A stretch of DNA of 64,000 nucleotides from Selaginella moellendorffii. Taxonomy: Eukaryota; Plantae; Lycopodiophyta. Both the position numbers and the translations under genes were made by a program. The stretch is taken from positions 186,001-250,000 of the forward strand of contig NW_003314375.1 of the NCBI RefSeq assembly GCF_000143415.4, in the 5' to 3' direction. Positions 26,157 through 37,076 of the stretch are shown one piece after another. The notes under the pieces are model-generated. The model did no database searches. It saw nothing but the letters and a program-made list of their open reading frames with translations, and was not told the origin of the DNA. Numbering within the stretch: position 1 is the first letter of the stretch; each line of letters begins with the position of its first letter.

Positions 26157-28113
26157 GTGGGCGCAGGAGTTGCCCGCGGATGCAGCACGCTCGCGGAAAC
26201 TCTAGCTCGGGCTCGAGCTCGGCCGCGTGCTCCTGCTCCTCCTCTCAAGCTCGTCTACGATAACACCACCACCTCCTTGTTCCTCTTCTGCGATATCTGC
26301 TACAACCGGCAGTTGACTGCATGCGGCTGCCCCGACACGACGTTACGCGATCACCTGAGCTACGCTCACGGAAACATCTGCCCCAAGCAGCGTCGTACAC
26401 ATGCAAATGCCCTTTACTGGGGAGCGCCTTGGAGCATTCCAGCCTACTTGTATGACAACGAAATGGAGCCTTCAATGACGCCGCTGGAGCCATGCCAGAT
26501 CAGGAGCATCGAAGCCGTGGGCTGCATTTCCACGTTCGAGCTCGGCCTGCGGTGTCGGGGTCCTCCGGCGGAATTCGTCATCGATGGAACTTTAGGAGAG
26601 CTTGATGCTAAACAAGTCCTCGTCTATAAGGAATCCATCTGGCAGAATCGGGTCCCCACTGGCTACATCCTTCTGGCGGTTCCCACCAAGGCATTGCAGT
26701 ATGGCTCTCTGGACTGGGTCGTCAACTACGACGACTTCCGGGGCAAGCCCATGACACTGTCGGCCAGGAAGTTCGTCCAGGCGTCTCATGACCGTGGAGA
26801 GGATCCTGTCAAGGAGCTGGACGCTGTGGACGCGATCGGGATCAGAAAGTGCGTCGTGGTGGATCTCCGTGGTATTGGCATCAATAGAAAGATGGGCCTC
26901 TTTTTCACCGAAGATGCTCTATGCGACGTGCTGCCGTGTGTGGCTGGCACCAAGCTTGTCCCTGCCAAGGCAGTCTTTGACGATCGTCTTTGGGACAAGC
27001 TTGGTGTCCAGGGCAGGGTGGCCAAGGACGCGGCCGTATGTGACATAATGCATTCAGAGGGAATCAGAGATGATGTTGCTCAAGTCGCAAGTAAATCATT
27101 CTTCCTTATTACTCGTGAAGTTTAATTCCATTTCATTTTTTTACAGGATTGTGGGGGTACATTGGACAAGGTCACCAATTCTCAGGACACAATGCTGCTC
27201 GAGCCAAAATCTAAGGTAAATCACTTTTCTTGTCATGCCAGAATATCAGGTAAATCAGTATCGTTTCTGTGATGCTTACTCCTGTTCTTTCACAGACTAA
27301 GGCTGGAGAATGTTTATTCTCCACTGCTGTGCTGGCTGGTAATGCAAAACACATTCCGTGCTCAAAAACCAAGTGTGGCGGCCTTACAATGATGCTTTGT
27401 GAAAATCCAAATTGCTTAGCTAACAACGTGATGAGATGGGCAACACAGGCGATGTTTAGGATCTTTCTCGGCAAGCAAATATTTTTAGCTTCTAATCTAA
27501 AATGTTTTTGTACTTTCAGAGCGGCATTTAGGAAAGGACCCTGGGACTAAACTATCTACATTGATCCAAAGTAGGAAATCAGTGTACAACATTCCTATCA
27601 TGGTATTATATTATATCATTTGATTTTTTTTTAAATTTTATTCTTTTAATTTTTTTAGGTAGTGCTGGAAGCTTTACAAACAGCTAGGATTCTTAAAACT
27701 ACTGAATTTGAACTTCAACATATAAGAAGCATAGCACTTGGGATGAGCCTTAAGTATTCTGAGTTAGGTCAGTAGATAACTTTTTATATTTTTTTAGAAA
27801 ACAATTTTATTCTTTCTACAGATTCAAGGTTGGCTGGATTGGATGATTATTTGGCAATTTTTCATCATCATACTTTGTGAGTTTTTTATTTTTATATTTA
27901 AGTATCTAAATATTTATGTTTAAGAATCGACATTTTATAGCAAAAATTGGGTTCAACTTCAGTGATGATCTATGTGTGATATGTCCAGAAGCTGAAAACT
28001 GGTTGGAAGTTAGATATTTCTTTGCTGCTTATGCATTGTCAAAAGTTATTGGAGATATGAGAAACATCTCCACAAAATTGTTAGATTTGAATGGTAATGT
28101 GATATGGTGTTAA
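26157..28113 (+). pseudogene. Orphan multi-exon Cys/His-rich gene, probably decaying
   Basis: GC-rich 322-codon ORF (CDIC...HLSYAH) followed by short GT-AG-flanked exons (CSKTKC...CENPNC; ...NGNVIWC*). There is an apparent in-frame stop near 27550, and no homolog was recognised. Confidence 0.5.
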
Positions 28114-28206
28114 ACAATCAATATGAGTTATATCTTAAATATTCTTGGATATTTAGGGTTTAAGGTAATATATTTATAATATAATGAAAATTACTAAATT
28201 TAGATT

Positions 28207-30757
28207 TGTAAAGTTTGTAAATACATCTCTCTCTCTCTCTCTCTATATATGTATTACCCTAGCTAAGTAATACACTATTATTATACTATAACATATATAC
28301 TGTCTATTTGGGATTGAATTTAATCTATCCATTTTTGTATATAAGCAAGGGTCTAAACCCTAATTAATATATTTATTCTTATATCCCCAGCACTCACATT
28401 GGTGGAGATGAGGGGCAATGCAATTTATTTTTGAGAGGTAAAACTTTTTATTCTTATTTCTTCATTCTCTTTTAGATCTAAATCTGTATTAACTTTTTGC
28501 AAAATCTAAAATTTTAACTATCATTGTGCTTAGATTTACTTTTTTCTTTTAATCTTCATTACATTCTCTTTTTCTATCATGCCACATTGTCATCGATCAA
28601 GGAGTATATCATTTAAGGTAATTAATGTTGCTCTGTTGGATCGAACTTTTGTTGTTATGGGGTGTGATCATATTAATGGTATTTAATGTGTTGCCATTTC
28701 CAACTTTCATAGGACGTAATTACATAGCTTTTCCTATTCTTAGTGTTTTGCCATCTCTCGTTATTATGGAGCATGGTTATGATATTGATTGGAGAGCTAT
28801 GGATGATGCAATTTAGTTCTTGGAAAATGTTTGAGGATCAATTTTATAGAAAGACAATGTGTATAAACTTGAATGGATTCCATATCATTTTGACAAGCTT
28901 GATTATTATGAAGATAACTTTGGAGATAAAGTGGAGATTTCACGGGGTACATGTCAATTCTTCAATCTATCATCTGATCCTTTCTATTTACCTTTTATTT
29001 TTTCCCAACTTTTTCTTATTTCTTAGCCTAAGCCACCTACTCATGTTCCTAGTATTTCTTCCTCAAATGCAATGTTTTCTTCTTGTGGCACGTCAATCAT
29101 TTATAACTTTGATATAAATCTCAGAGTTATATCTAGTGTTGAGTTAAGTGTTTTATATTCTCCTCATACTAATCTGAATGTTAAATGTATGCATAAAGTT
29201 AAGAATCTTGTTTTTATTTCATTGGTAGAGTCTTTGATCAGTTTTGGTGTTGAGTATTCTTCTATTCCAAGGGTTAATTCACTTTGGCTAAAGTTTCGGA
29301 TTGAATATATATCCCCACTTGTGAGTGCTGCTAAAAACCTTTGCTTTACTATTATTGCTAAGGAGTTTATGTATTCCCTTGAAAGTGTGGACATTATTAT
29401 TAATTTTCTTGTCTTAAGTGTTGAGTTGTGTATTGAGGAGTTTGAGCAATATAAATCTTTTGTTTATATTGTGGTGGCTGAAGTATTTTATAATAAGAAG
29501 TCCCTTATTTTCCAAGCTTTGACCATATGTCATTATTTTGATTTCCACTTTGGCTAAAATTTCGGGTTGAATGTATGTCCCCACTTGTGAGTGCCACTAA
29601 GAGCTTTTGTTTTACTATTGTTGCTGAGGAGTTTATATATTTCCTTGAGAGTGTGAATGCTATTATTGATTTTCTCGTCTTAAGTGTTGAGTTATGTGCT
29701 GAGGAGGTTGAGCAGTGTGAATCTTTTACTTATATTATGATAGCTGAAATATTTTATAATAGGAAGTCCTCTATTTTTCAAGCTTTGAACATATGTCATT
29801 CTTTTGATTTCCCCATTCTATATTGCCAATTGCTATAAATTCCTCTTCCAATGCATCTTTATCTATTTTTTTTTCCACAATTGTTTTTCCTCAATTTTTC
29901 TCATGTTCTCCTTTCTGCCCTAACACTTTAAACTTTTTTTTCTTCAAAAGACGAGGTAGAGGGGATGGACAAGAGTCCGGCCTCAATGATGGAGTGAGGA
30001 TGAACAAATATGGTAATGGAGAGAGGATGAATGACATGGATTGTAAAGTGAAGATGAATATAGTAAGTAGGAATGGAACATCTAACCCAAACATAGTGAA
30101 GAACAAATATGATAATGGAATGAGGCTAAACATAAATGGTAGAGTGAGGATAAACACAACAAATCCTGATAGAGTTAGTATTTCAAAACTCTTTTTTCTT
30201 GCAATCTTGGACAAAGATGATAGTTCTACTTATAGTCTTAAGTTCGAGTTAATGGTGGTCTTGGAGGATCGTCAACAAGCAAACTTAAAAACAAGATGTA
30301 TTATTTATTGCAATAATTTTCTATGGACTGTAATGGCTCTTAAAGTCCTTTACTTTAATTGAAAGTTATGGTTGTATAGCTAGTTTGAGCATTTGGGAGT
30401 TGCAATTGATTCACCAGGATTCCATAGTCGACTAATGTTTATACCATGGCTTTTGTTTTATTTTAATCATGGTTATCAACAACTTTGTTGATGGTTTTAT
30501 AAATTCTTATGATAATTTATAATTGCCTAATAGAAACTCTATATGTTCCACCTGATTTATCATCATCACTTTTTCATCTTCCAGAGGGGAAGATGGTGTA
30601 AGGTTTGTAAATACATATATATATATACATGTATTACCTAGGTAATACACTTTATAATACTATAACATATGGAATGTCTATTTAGGACTGAATATAATCC
30701 ATCCATTCTTGTATATAAGCAGGGGTCTAAACCTTAATTAATATACTTATTCCTATA
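28207..30757 (+). mobile_element. Decayed non-autonomous LTR retroelement with tRNA-Ala primer-binding site
   Basis: 5' LTR 28207-28398 (TG...CA), PBS TGGTGGAGATGAGGGG at 28400-28415, polypurine tract agaggggaagatgg at 30583-30596, and a diverged 3' LTR from 30597 (truncated ~30757). No intact gag/pol. Confidence 0.85.
29280..29812. repeat. Two tandem ~265-bp copies inside the LTR element
   Basis: cactttggctaaa...ccccacttgtgagtgc...ttttccaagcttt...atatgtcatt occurs twice, starting ~29280 and ~29546. Confidence 0.85.
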
Positions 30758-30989
30758 AGTATAAGTATAAAAAAAATCAATAAGTACAACATAGAAATAT
30801 CTATTTATTCTTTATATTTTTTTTGTTACAATAATATCGATAAAAATAAAGTGATAATGGCTGAAGGCACATGGGCCATCCAATTGTAAGCCTTGGGTAG
30901 GTTCAATTTGCATGATTTCAATAAATTTTTAATAGATGTTTTGTTTGGCTAATGAAAACTTGGTTTATAACTTGCTTAAGTGAGATAAT

Positions 30990-32900
30990 ACAGATGTCCA
31001 TTTAGTAGATATTTAGAATATATTTGGATATTCTAGGATATTCTACCATTTAATTCTAGAACATTTAATGGTTAATGTGTAATAAATTTAATCTCATGGT
31101 TAGAAATTATAAAATTCCTATCAATCAATTATATTAATAAATAATAAGCACCACTATTAAACAAACAAAGCATTGGTATATATAAAGTGCAGTAAATCAT
31201 TTTTATATTTCTTTTAAAAACATTTCTGATTTTTGTTTACATAAGAATAAAGTAAGAGGCTTTAGATTCAAACACCAAATTGTATAACTAACTTAAACAG
31301 TCCTTGATAATGATGATATAATTGTTAGAAGGCATCATCACAATTATCAACATTTCTAAATGCATGCTTGAAGACATCTGGGAGGAGGTTCCACACTTAA
31401 ACCATTGTACCATTATAACATTGTCTCTTTGAGACATGTGGGAAACTCGTGCAAACATTAAATATCATTTCAAGAATGATAAATGGCAATTGTCATAAAT
31501 TGATTTAACCAATGATCAATATCATCCTTGGGATTTTTACAGAAAAAATTTGGTTGGACATAAGGATGGGCAGAAAGAGCAAGAAGAGTTGCACCATTTG
31601 CCATAAATATCACCATCAACTAAAATTAATTGTTTAGTTGCAACTATATAACATTAAACAATTATATTAATTATTGTTCCAGACTCAAAAAAGGAGGAAG
31701 CTATTGCTTTGCCATTAAGATGAATGAAATAAATAAAAGCAAAGAAAGAAGAAATGGAAAAAATATAAAAATGAAGAAGAATTAGATGATACAAAGTTAG
31801 ATCTAAACCAAAAACATAAATCTAAGCATTCCTCAGGACAATTAAAGTTACCCCTCAACTCTATCAATATAAATGCATGAAGTATAAAAATTTGTATGTC
31901 TGATTAGCCTAAAAACCTTAACTTATTTATAAGATCGAGTGTTCTCGATTGAAACCAATTTGATAATTATCAAAATCCCAACATGATAATATTAGTATAA
32001 AGCATTGTAGCCATACACTTAGACTTCATACCCATAGTTATACATCTTGACCTCAGATTTGTAGTTGTACCTTATAACGCTATATTTAATTTTTTTTATT
32101 AAACTAGTTTTTATTAAATTAATGAAACTAATCTTATAAAATTTGAAACTAATCACTTCATTTAATATATTATTTAAAAAATATATATACTTAGATTCAT
32201 AGTTAAAGTACTATTACTATTAATAAAATATTTTTAAAAGCATTATAATAGTATTTTTAGAACAAATCCTAATAATTTATTATGTTTAAGAATGTTTTTG
32301 ATAAACACCAGATTAATCTAATGGTATAAAGTTAGAGCTAGAAGGTGTTTAGGAAATTTTTGTAAAATATAATCATGTTTAAATTTAATAATAAAATTAT
32401 TATAAATAAATAATAACCCTTAAATTGTTATTATCATTCTGGAATATTCAACTATATTCTAGGTATATCCACTACCAGTTGGGAATAATAAAAATCATGA
32501 AATACAGTTTTCTTTTCTTTTTTCTATTTTTTGAAATATAAATTTTATTTTACTTGTGGTACATCAAGCCTTGGTTGTTTTAGATAAATAATATTAAATT
32601 GTGACACATTGCATTATAGAAAATTTTGATTTGCTTAGTTTGTATTAAAACAAATTATTATGATTTATGTATTACAAGAAAATGTTTTTCCTAGTTGAGC
32701 ATACGGTATAAACCACACAATACACTTTCCATCATGTTTAAGAATGTTTTTAACAAACACAAGTTTAACCTACTGGTATAAAAGCTAGATAAGCTAGAAT
32801 ATGCTATAATCATAAATTATAAACACGAGATTAATCTAAAGGAATAAATAACCATTAGATGGTAAAAAATTCTAAAATATCTAGGTATATCCACTAAACA
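30990..32900. repeat. AT-rich dispersed repeat remnants (several copies, both orientations), same family as 57670-57890
   Basis: The ggatattctaggatattctaccat / gattaatct motifs occur at ~31026, in reverse at ~32310-32470 and ~32810-32900, and again at ~57690-57870. Confidence 0.65.
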
Positions 32901-33000
32901 AACAATAAACCCATTGAGAATATATAAAAAAGAAGGGGAATAATCAAAAGCATAAAATATGTTAATAAAATTTACATTTTATTCTACTTCTGGTTTTTCA

Positions 33001-33875
33001 TCAAGCCTTCGTGGCCAGCATTGCTGTTGCAACTCCAGCGATTCCAACAGCAAGAGCGATGCTTCCTCCGTGCTTCATTCCAAATTCAGCAACGTTGACA
33101 CAAGAATTGACGGCAGCATAACCCTTTCCATAGATTTCCTTCCCGACGATGTTGTAGATGGCACGAAGTGGAGCGAGCACGGCCTGGTATGCATATGGGA
33201 GGTACTCAGTTGCGCCAATGGCATCAAAGAGGGAGTCCAGGAACCACTCGCTGTGAGAGGAAGCCTCCACGTTGTTAACCATGATGTTGCCGGAGAGAGT
33301 GAATGGGTTGTAGAGACCCAGCTTCTCCACCTTGGAAAGTTCTATAATTGTCAAAAGTAAGAGCAAAGTCTCAAAAGAAGTATGATGTTACCAGTGATTT
33401 GAGATGATCCCCAGAGAGTTTCTCCAACCTGGAGATCCTTGGCTCGCTTGTACACAAGCTTTCCCTTGGCGTCGACTGGGATGAAGTGGCCCTCGCTAAG
33501 CTCGATCATGTCTGAGGCGGTGTGGACCTGGATGAACTCCGAGATCACGTCGGCGTCCTTGTGGCCGAATGCATAGACATCGGAGAACACGTTTTTGCTC
33601 ACTGCAACCTGTAGATCTGGAACGTTTAGATGGGCTTTCGAGAAACTTAAGAGCAATACAATACCTTGTCTCCAACTTCGAGATCTCTCATGAGTTTGAG
33701 GTCGCCGTTATACATTTGGACGGTGGCATCGCCTTGCAAACATAAAGCCTGTGATTGGCTGTAAAATCGCTTGCAGATTCTTACCTGGGAAACATGAGGT
33801 GTTGGTGTTGGTAGCTAGAACAACGCTAGCAAGAACAGCAAAGAGAGAAATAGCAAAGAGTAAAGTGTGAGCCAT
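33001..33875 (-). CDS. Secreted Hedgehog-type Hint (Hog) domain protein, copy 2 (4 exons)
   Basis: Near-identical duplicate of 24807-25676 (shared block ~24791-25798 vs ~32985-33992); N-terminus MAHTLLFAISLFAVLASVVLATNTNTS-CFPG. Confidence 0.93.
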
Positions 33876-34004
33876 AGAGAATGGAAGGTTATATTGAGAG
33901 ATAGGAAAAGAAGCTCTAGAAACAATGTTAAATACTAGAAACGAGTGCCTATGACATGAGGCTAGCGGATCAAAGTTGGTGATCCTAAAACTAGGGAGTT
34001 TGAT

Positions 34005-35714
34005 TTAACAGAGATTTTCTCTTATCTTTGAATTTGAGAGGAGCACAAACGCGGCATTATTGACAGGATCTAATCCAAGAACTCTCTCTACGGCTCGAGC
34101 TGTCGACTGATCGTCCTTGTGGCTTTTACAAGCACTTAGAATGCATCTCCAATCGGTGACTTCAGGCTGGAAAGGCATATGCTGGACGAGATCCTCGGCG
34201 TCTCTCAAGCGCCCAGCTCGTCCAAGAAGATCAACCATGCAGCTGAAGATCTGCCTCGTTAGAGCAAAGCAAAAGTCCGTTTGGATCGAGTGGAAGAACA
34301 CTCTTGCTCTTTGGGAACGTCCGGCACGACTGCATGCAATTAGCACGCAAATGAGAGAAATCTCATCCACTTCAAAACCATTTAGAAGCATAACGGAGAA
34401 GAGATCTAAAGCAGTGCAGTGGTGGCCATTGTGTGCAAATGCTACCAACAAAGTGTTCCAAGAAGCCATGCCCAGTTTGGGCATCCGATCTAGAAACCGG
34501 ACAGCCTCAAGTAGATATCCTTTTTGTGCAAATGCTCCTAGCATCTGATTCCATGAGATGCTATCTCTTTGGACCATGTTGTTAAAAACGCTGCTGGCAG
34601 CTTTGAATTCCTTGCGCTGGCCGTAACCAGCAAGAAGAATGTTCCATGAAACTAAAGATTTTTCTGGCATTTCGCTCAGGAAAGCCTCCATTTCATAGAT
34701 ATGCCCAAAATGGGCATACGCGTACAAGAGTGTATTCCAAGAGACCAAGTTTCTTTCGGGCATGGCGTCAAAGATCTTCTTAGATTCTTCCAAGTTCCAG
34801 GTTTGTGACCACGCAGCCAGAAGTGTAGTCCATGAAAAGAGATCTCGACAGTTCATAGTTTCAAACACTTTTAAAGTGGAGCTCAAATCTCCAACGTGGG
34901 CATAAGCAGCGAGCATGGAATTCCACGACACTAAACTCCACTCGGGCATTTGATCAAACAGTTTCTTAGCTCGATCAATATCACCACTTTGTCCAAATCC
35001 TGAAAGCATGGTGTTTCTAGTGACAGTGTCTTGCTCATCCAAACGAAGGAAAAGCTCCAGTGCATCATGAATAAGATTGTTCTTCACGTACGCACTGAGC
35101 ATCAAATTCCAGGAGAAATAGTTCCACTGTGGCATGGCGTAAAACACTCGTTTGGCCTCTTCAAGTTGTCCTTTCAAGGCAAATGCCGAAAGAAGCGCGT
35201 TCCAGCAAACAATGTCTCTCTCCACAGCAGTTTCAAACCAATACCTGGCTTCGCGGGTGTTCCCGTCTCGGGAAAACGCAGCTAGGATTTCAGTCCACGG
35301 GATGACACTCCACTCGGGCATCTGGTGGAATATCTCCGTGGCATCTCTAACATACCCGTTTTGGGCATATGCCGAGAGCATGGAATTCCAAGCCACAAGG
35401 TTCCTGTGAGGGATCCGATCAAAGAGCTCTTTCGCGCTATCGACGCGTCCGCTTCGCGCATAGCCATTGATCAACAGGACCCAAGTGAAAGCAGTCTTTG
35501 GATGCGTGGTGTCAAAGATGTGGTGGGCACGGTGGAGGCTCCCGCAGCTCACAAACATATGGAGTAACAAATTGGAGAGGAACGTCCCATCGGGACTGGA
35601 GAGATGGCCGGAGTTACGCACTGTTAGATAGACTCGCTCAGCTTCTTCGTGTACAGTCTTGCAAGATTTTACCAGTTGCACACATTCTTGTAACCCAAGG
35701 TTCTTATTTTCCAT
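34005..35714 (-). CDS. PLS-class PPR protein with E domain, no DYW
   Basis: Intronless 569 aa ORF of PPR repeats ending SCMVDLLGRAGRL...MPFQP...ILSACKSH...AAFVLLSN. Confidence 0.95.
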   Translation of the reverse strand: MENKNLGLQECVQLVKSCKTVHEEAERVYLTVRNSGHLSSPDGTFLSNLLLHMFVSCGSLHRAHHIFDTTHPKTAFTWVLLINGYARSGRVDSAKELFDRIPHRNLVAWNSMLSAYAQNGYVRDATEIFHQMPEWSVIPWTEILAAFSRDGNTREARYWFETAVERDIVCWNALLSAFALKGQLEEAKRVFYAMPQWNYFSWNLMLSAYVKNNLIHDALELFLRLDEQDTVTRNTMLSGFGQSGDIDRAKKLFDQMPEWSLVSWNSMLAAYAHVGDLSSTLKVFETMNCRDLFSWTTLLAAWSQTWNLEESKKIFDAMPERNLVSWNTLLYAYAHFGHIYEMEAFLSEMPEKSLVSWNILLAGYGQRKEFKAASSVFNNMVQRDSISWNQMLGAFAQKGYLLEAVRFLDRMPKLGMASWNTLLVAFAHNGHHCTALDLFSVMLLNGFEVDEISLICVLIACSRAGRSQRARVFFHSIQTDFCFALTRQIFSCMVDLLGRAGRLRDAEDLVQHMPFQPEVTDWRCILSACKSHKDDQSTARAVERVLGLDPVNNAAFVLLSNSKIRENLC

Positions 35715-35771
35715 TAATGCAATATATTAATTATATCAAATAATGGAGCATAAGATGCAAGGAGGCGCTGG

Positions 35772-36650
35772 ATGCCAAACTTGCGAGGTGCTGCAAGGAT
35801 TTGGCCCGCGAGGTGGTCGCGGAATGTAGAGAGCACAAATGTCTCAGAAACTTTTATGGGTCTGGGAGCTTCACTCTCACTGATATCGGTCGCGCCGAGC
35901 TCATCCTCTACGGAATCTCTTCTCCAGCACACTCGAGAAGCAGCGCTGCATCTTGAGCTCGCTGGGCAGTGTCAAGGAGGTGGACTTGGACCTCCTGGTC
36001 GCGGCTGTGTCCAGGCTCCGCAAGCTTGGCGATCTGGGGACTCTTGAAGCGAGTGTGCTTGACGGACTATATTTCCTGAAAGAGGTAATGCTTTCCATGT
36101 TTCTAGTACATATACTCAAAGTTCTTCTAGGATCTGGTGACTGCCAGCCGAGTTTTTGGTAGGAGGCAATTGTCACTCGCAGCAGTTGATGAACGCCGTT
36201 GTTCAAGCCGTGGAATACGTCCACTATGACTTTAGGAACTGTAAGCGACTGGACTTTGACCCAGCTAAGCCCATGGATCACGTTGCGGCACTCATTGTGG
36301 CGCCATTGGAGCCGGGGGAACTGCTCAGGGGAATCAACAACTCTCCAGTTCTGGAGCAGCTGACGACGAAGGCCGGATCAGTCGGTGCATGCCGAAGCTG
36401 CAATGATTTGCATTGAGCACGCAGTGATGTGGCTCTGCAAATCCAAGCTTCGGGCTTTTGCTGTGACTTGTAAGTTTTTCCAAGCTTGTTTCTCTTGTTC
36501 CGTGTATAGCAAAACTTTCCATCGAGGATGAGATGTTCCAAAGGTTGGTACGCCGCTATTCTCATAAATAACGTGCCAATCAAACAGGAACGTTCGTAAT
36601 CCCATCACCTCTGGAAAGAGGTATCCGGGTTATAGCCATTGGTGACAGGT
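35772..36650 (+). pseudogene. Fragmented coding-like sequence of unknown family
   Basis: Protein-like ORF pieces with short GT-AG introns (~36085-36130, ~36470-36510), interrupted by a frameshift and stops. Confidence 0.35.
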
Positions 36651-37076
36651 TGCCTATCATTTCTTTTTCTTGTTTTTTTTTTTTTTTTTTTCGTGTAAAC
36701 TTCACGTTCTTTCACTCCAGTGATGTTCAAAGAACGCGAGGTTCTCAATAAACTTATCGCTATCTTTTTTATGATCAAAATAAAAGACCATTGTGCATAT
36801 AAAATTTATAATTAAAAGTTAGCACTAATTAAGTGAATATGGAAAAGACCTTTTGAGCCGTTCCTTGGAGTGGGAAATATATGAATGGCGGGCCGTGGGC
36901 GGAGGGTGGCATGCATTGCATGGCACAAGCGGACAATCTCCCGCCACCAGGGGTATCGCCACCACCACCCTCCACTGTGCTGCGAGTAAGTGTGGCCATG
37001 GCTTCTTCCTCTCGAGATTCAAGCCTTTTATTTTAACCCCCTTTCTTGCCTCTCTTCTCCATCTCTAGATCCTACC

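Noticed and set aside
28625-30362. Several hydrophobic ORFs on the + strand
   Set aside because: They lie inside the AT-rich decayed LTR element and reflect composition.
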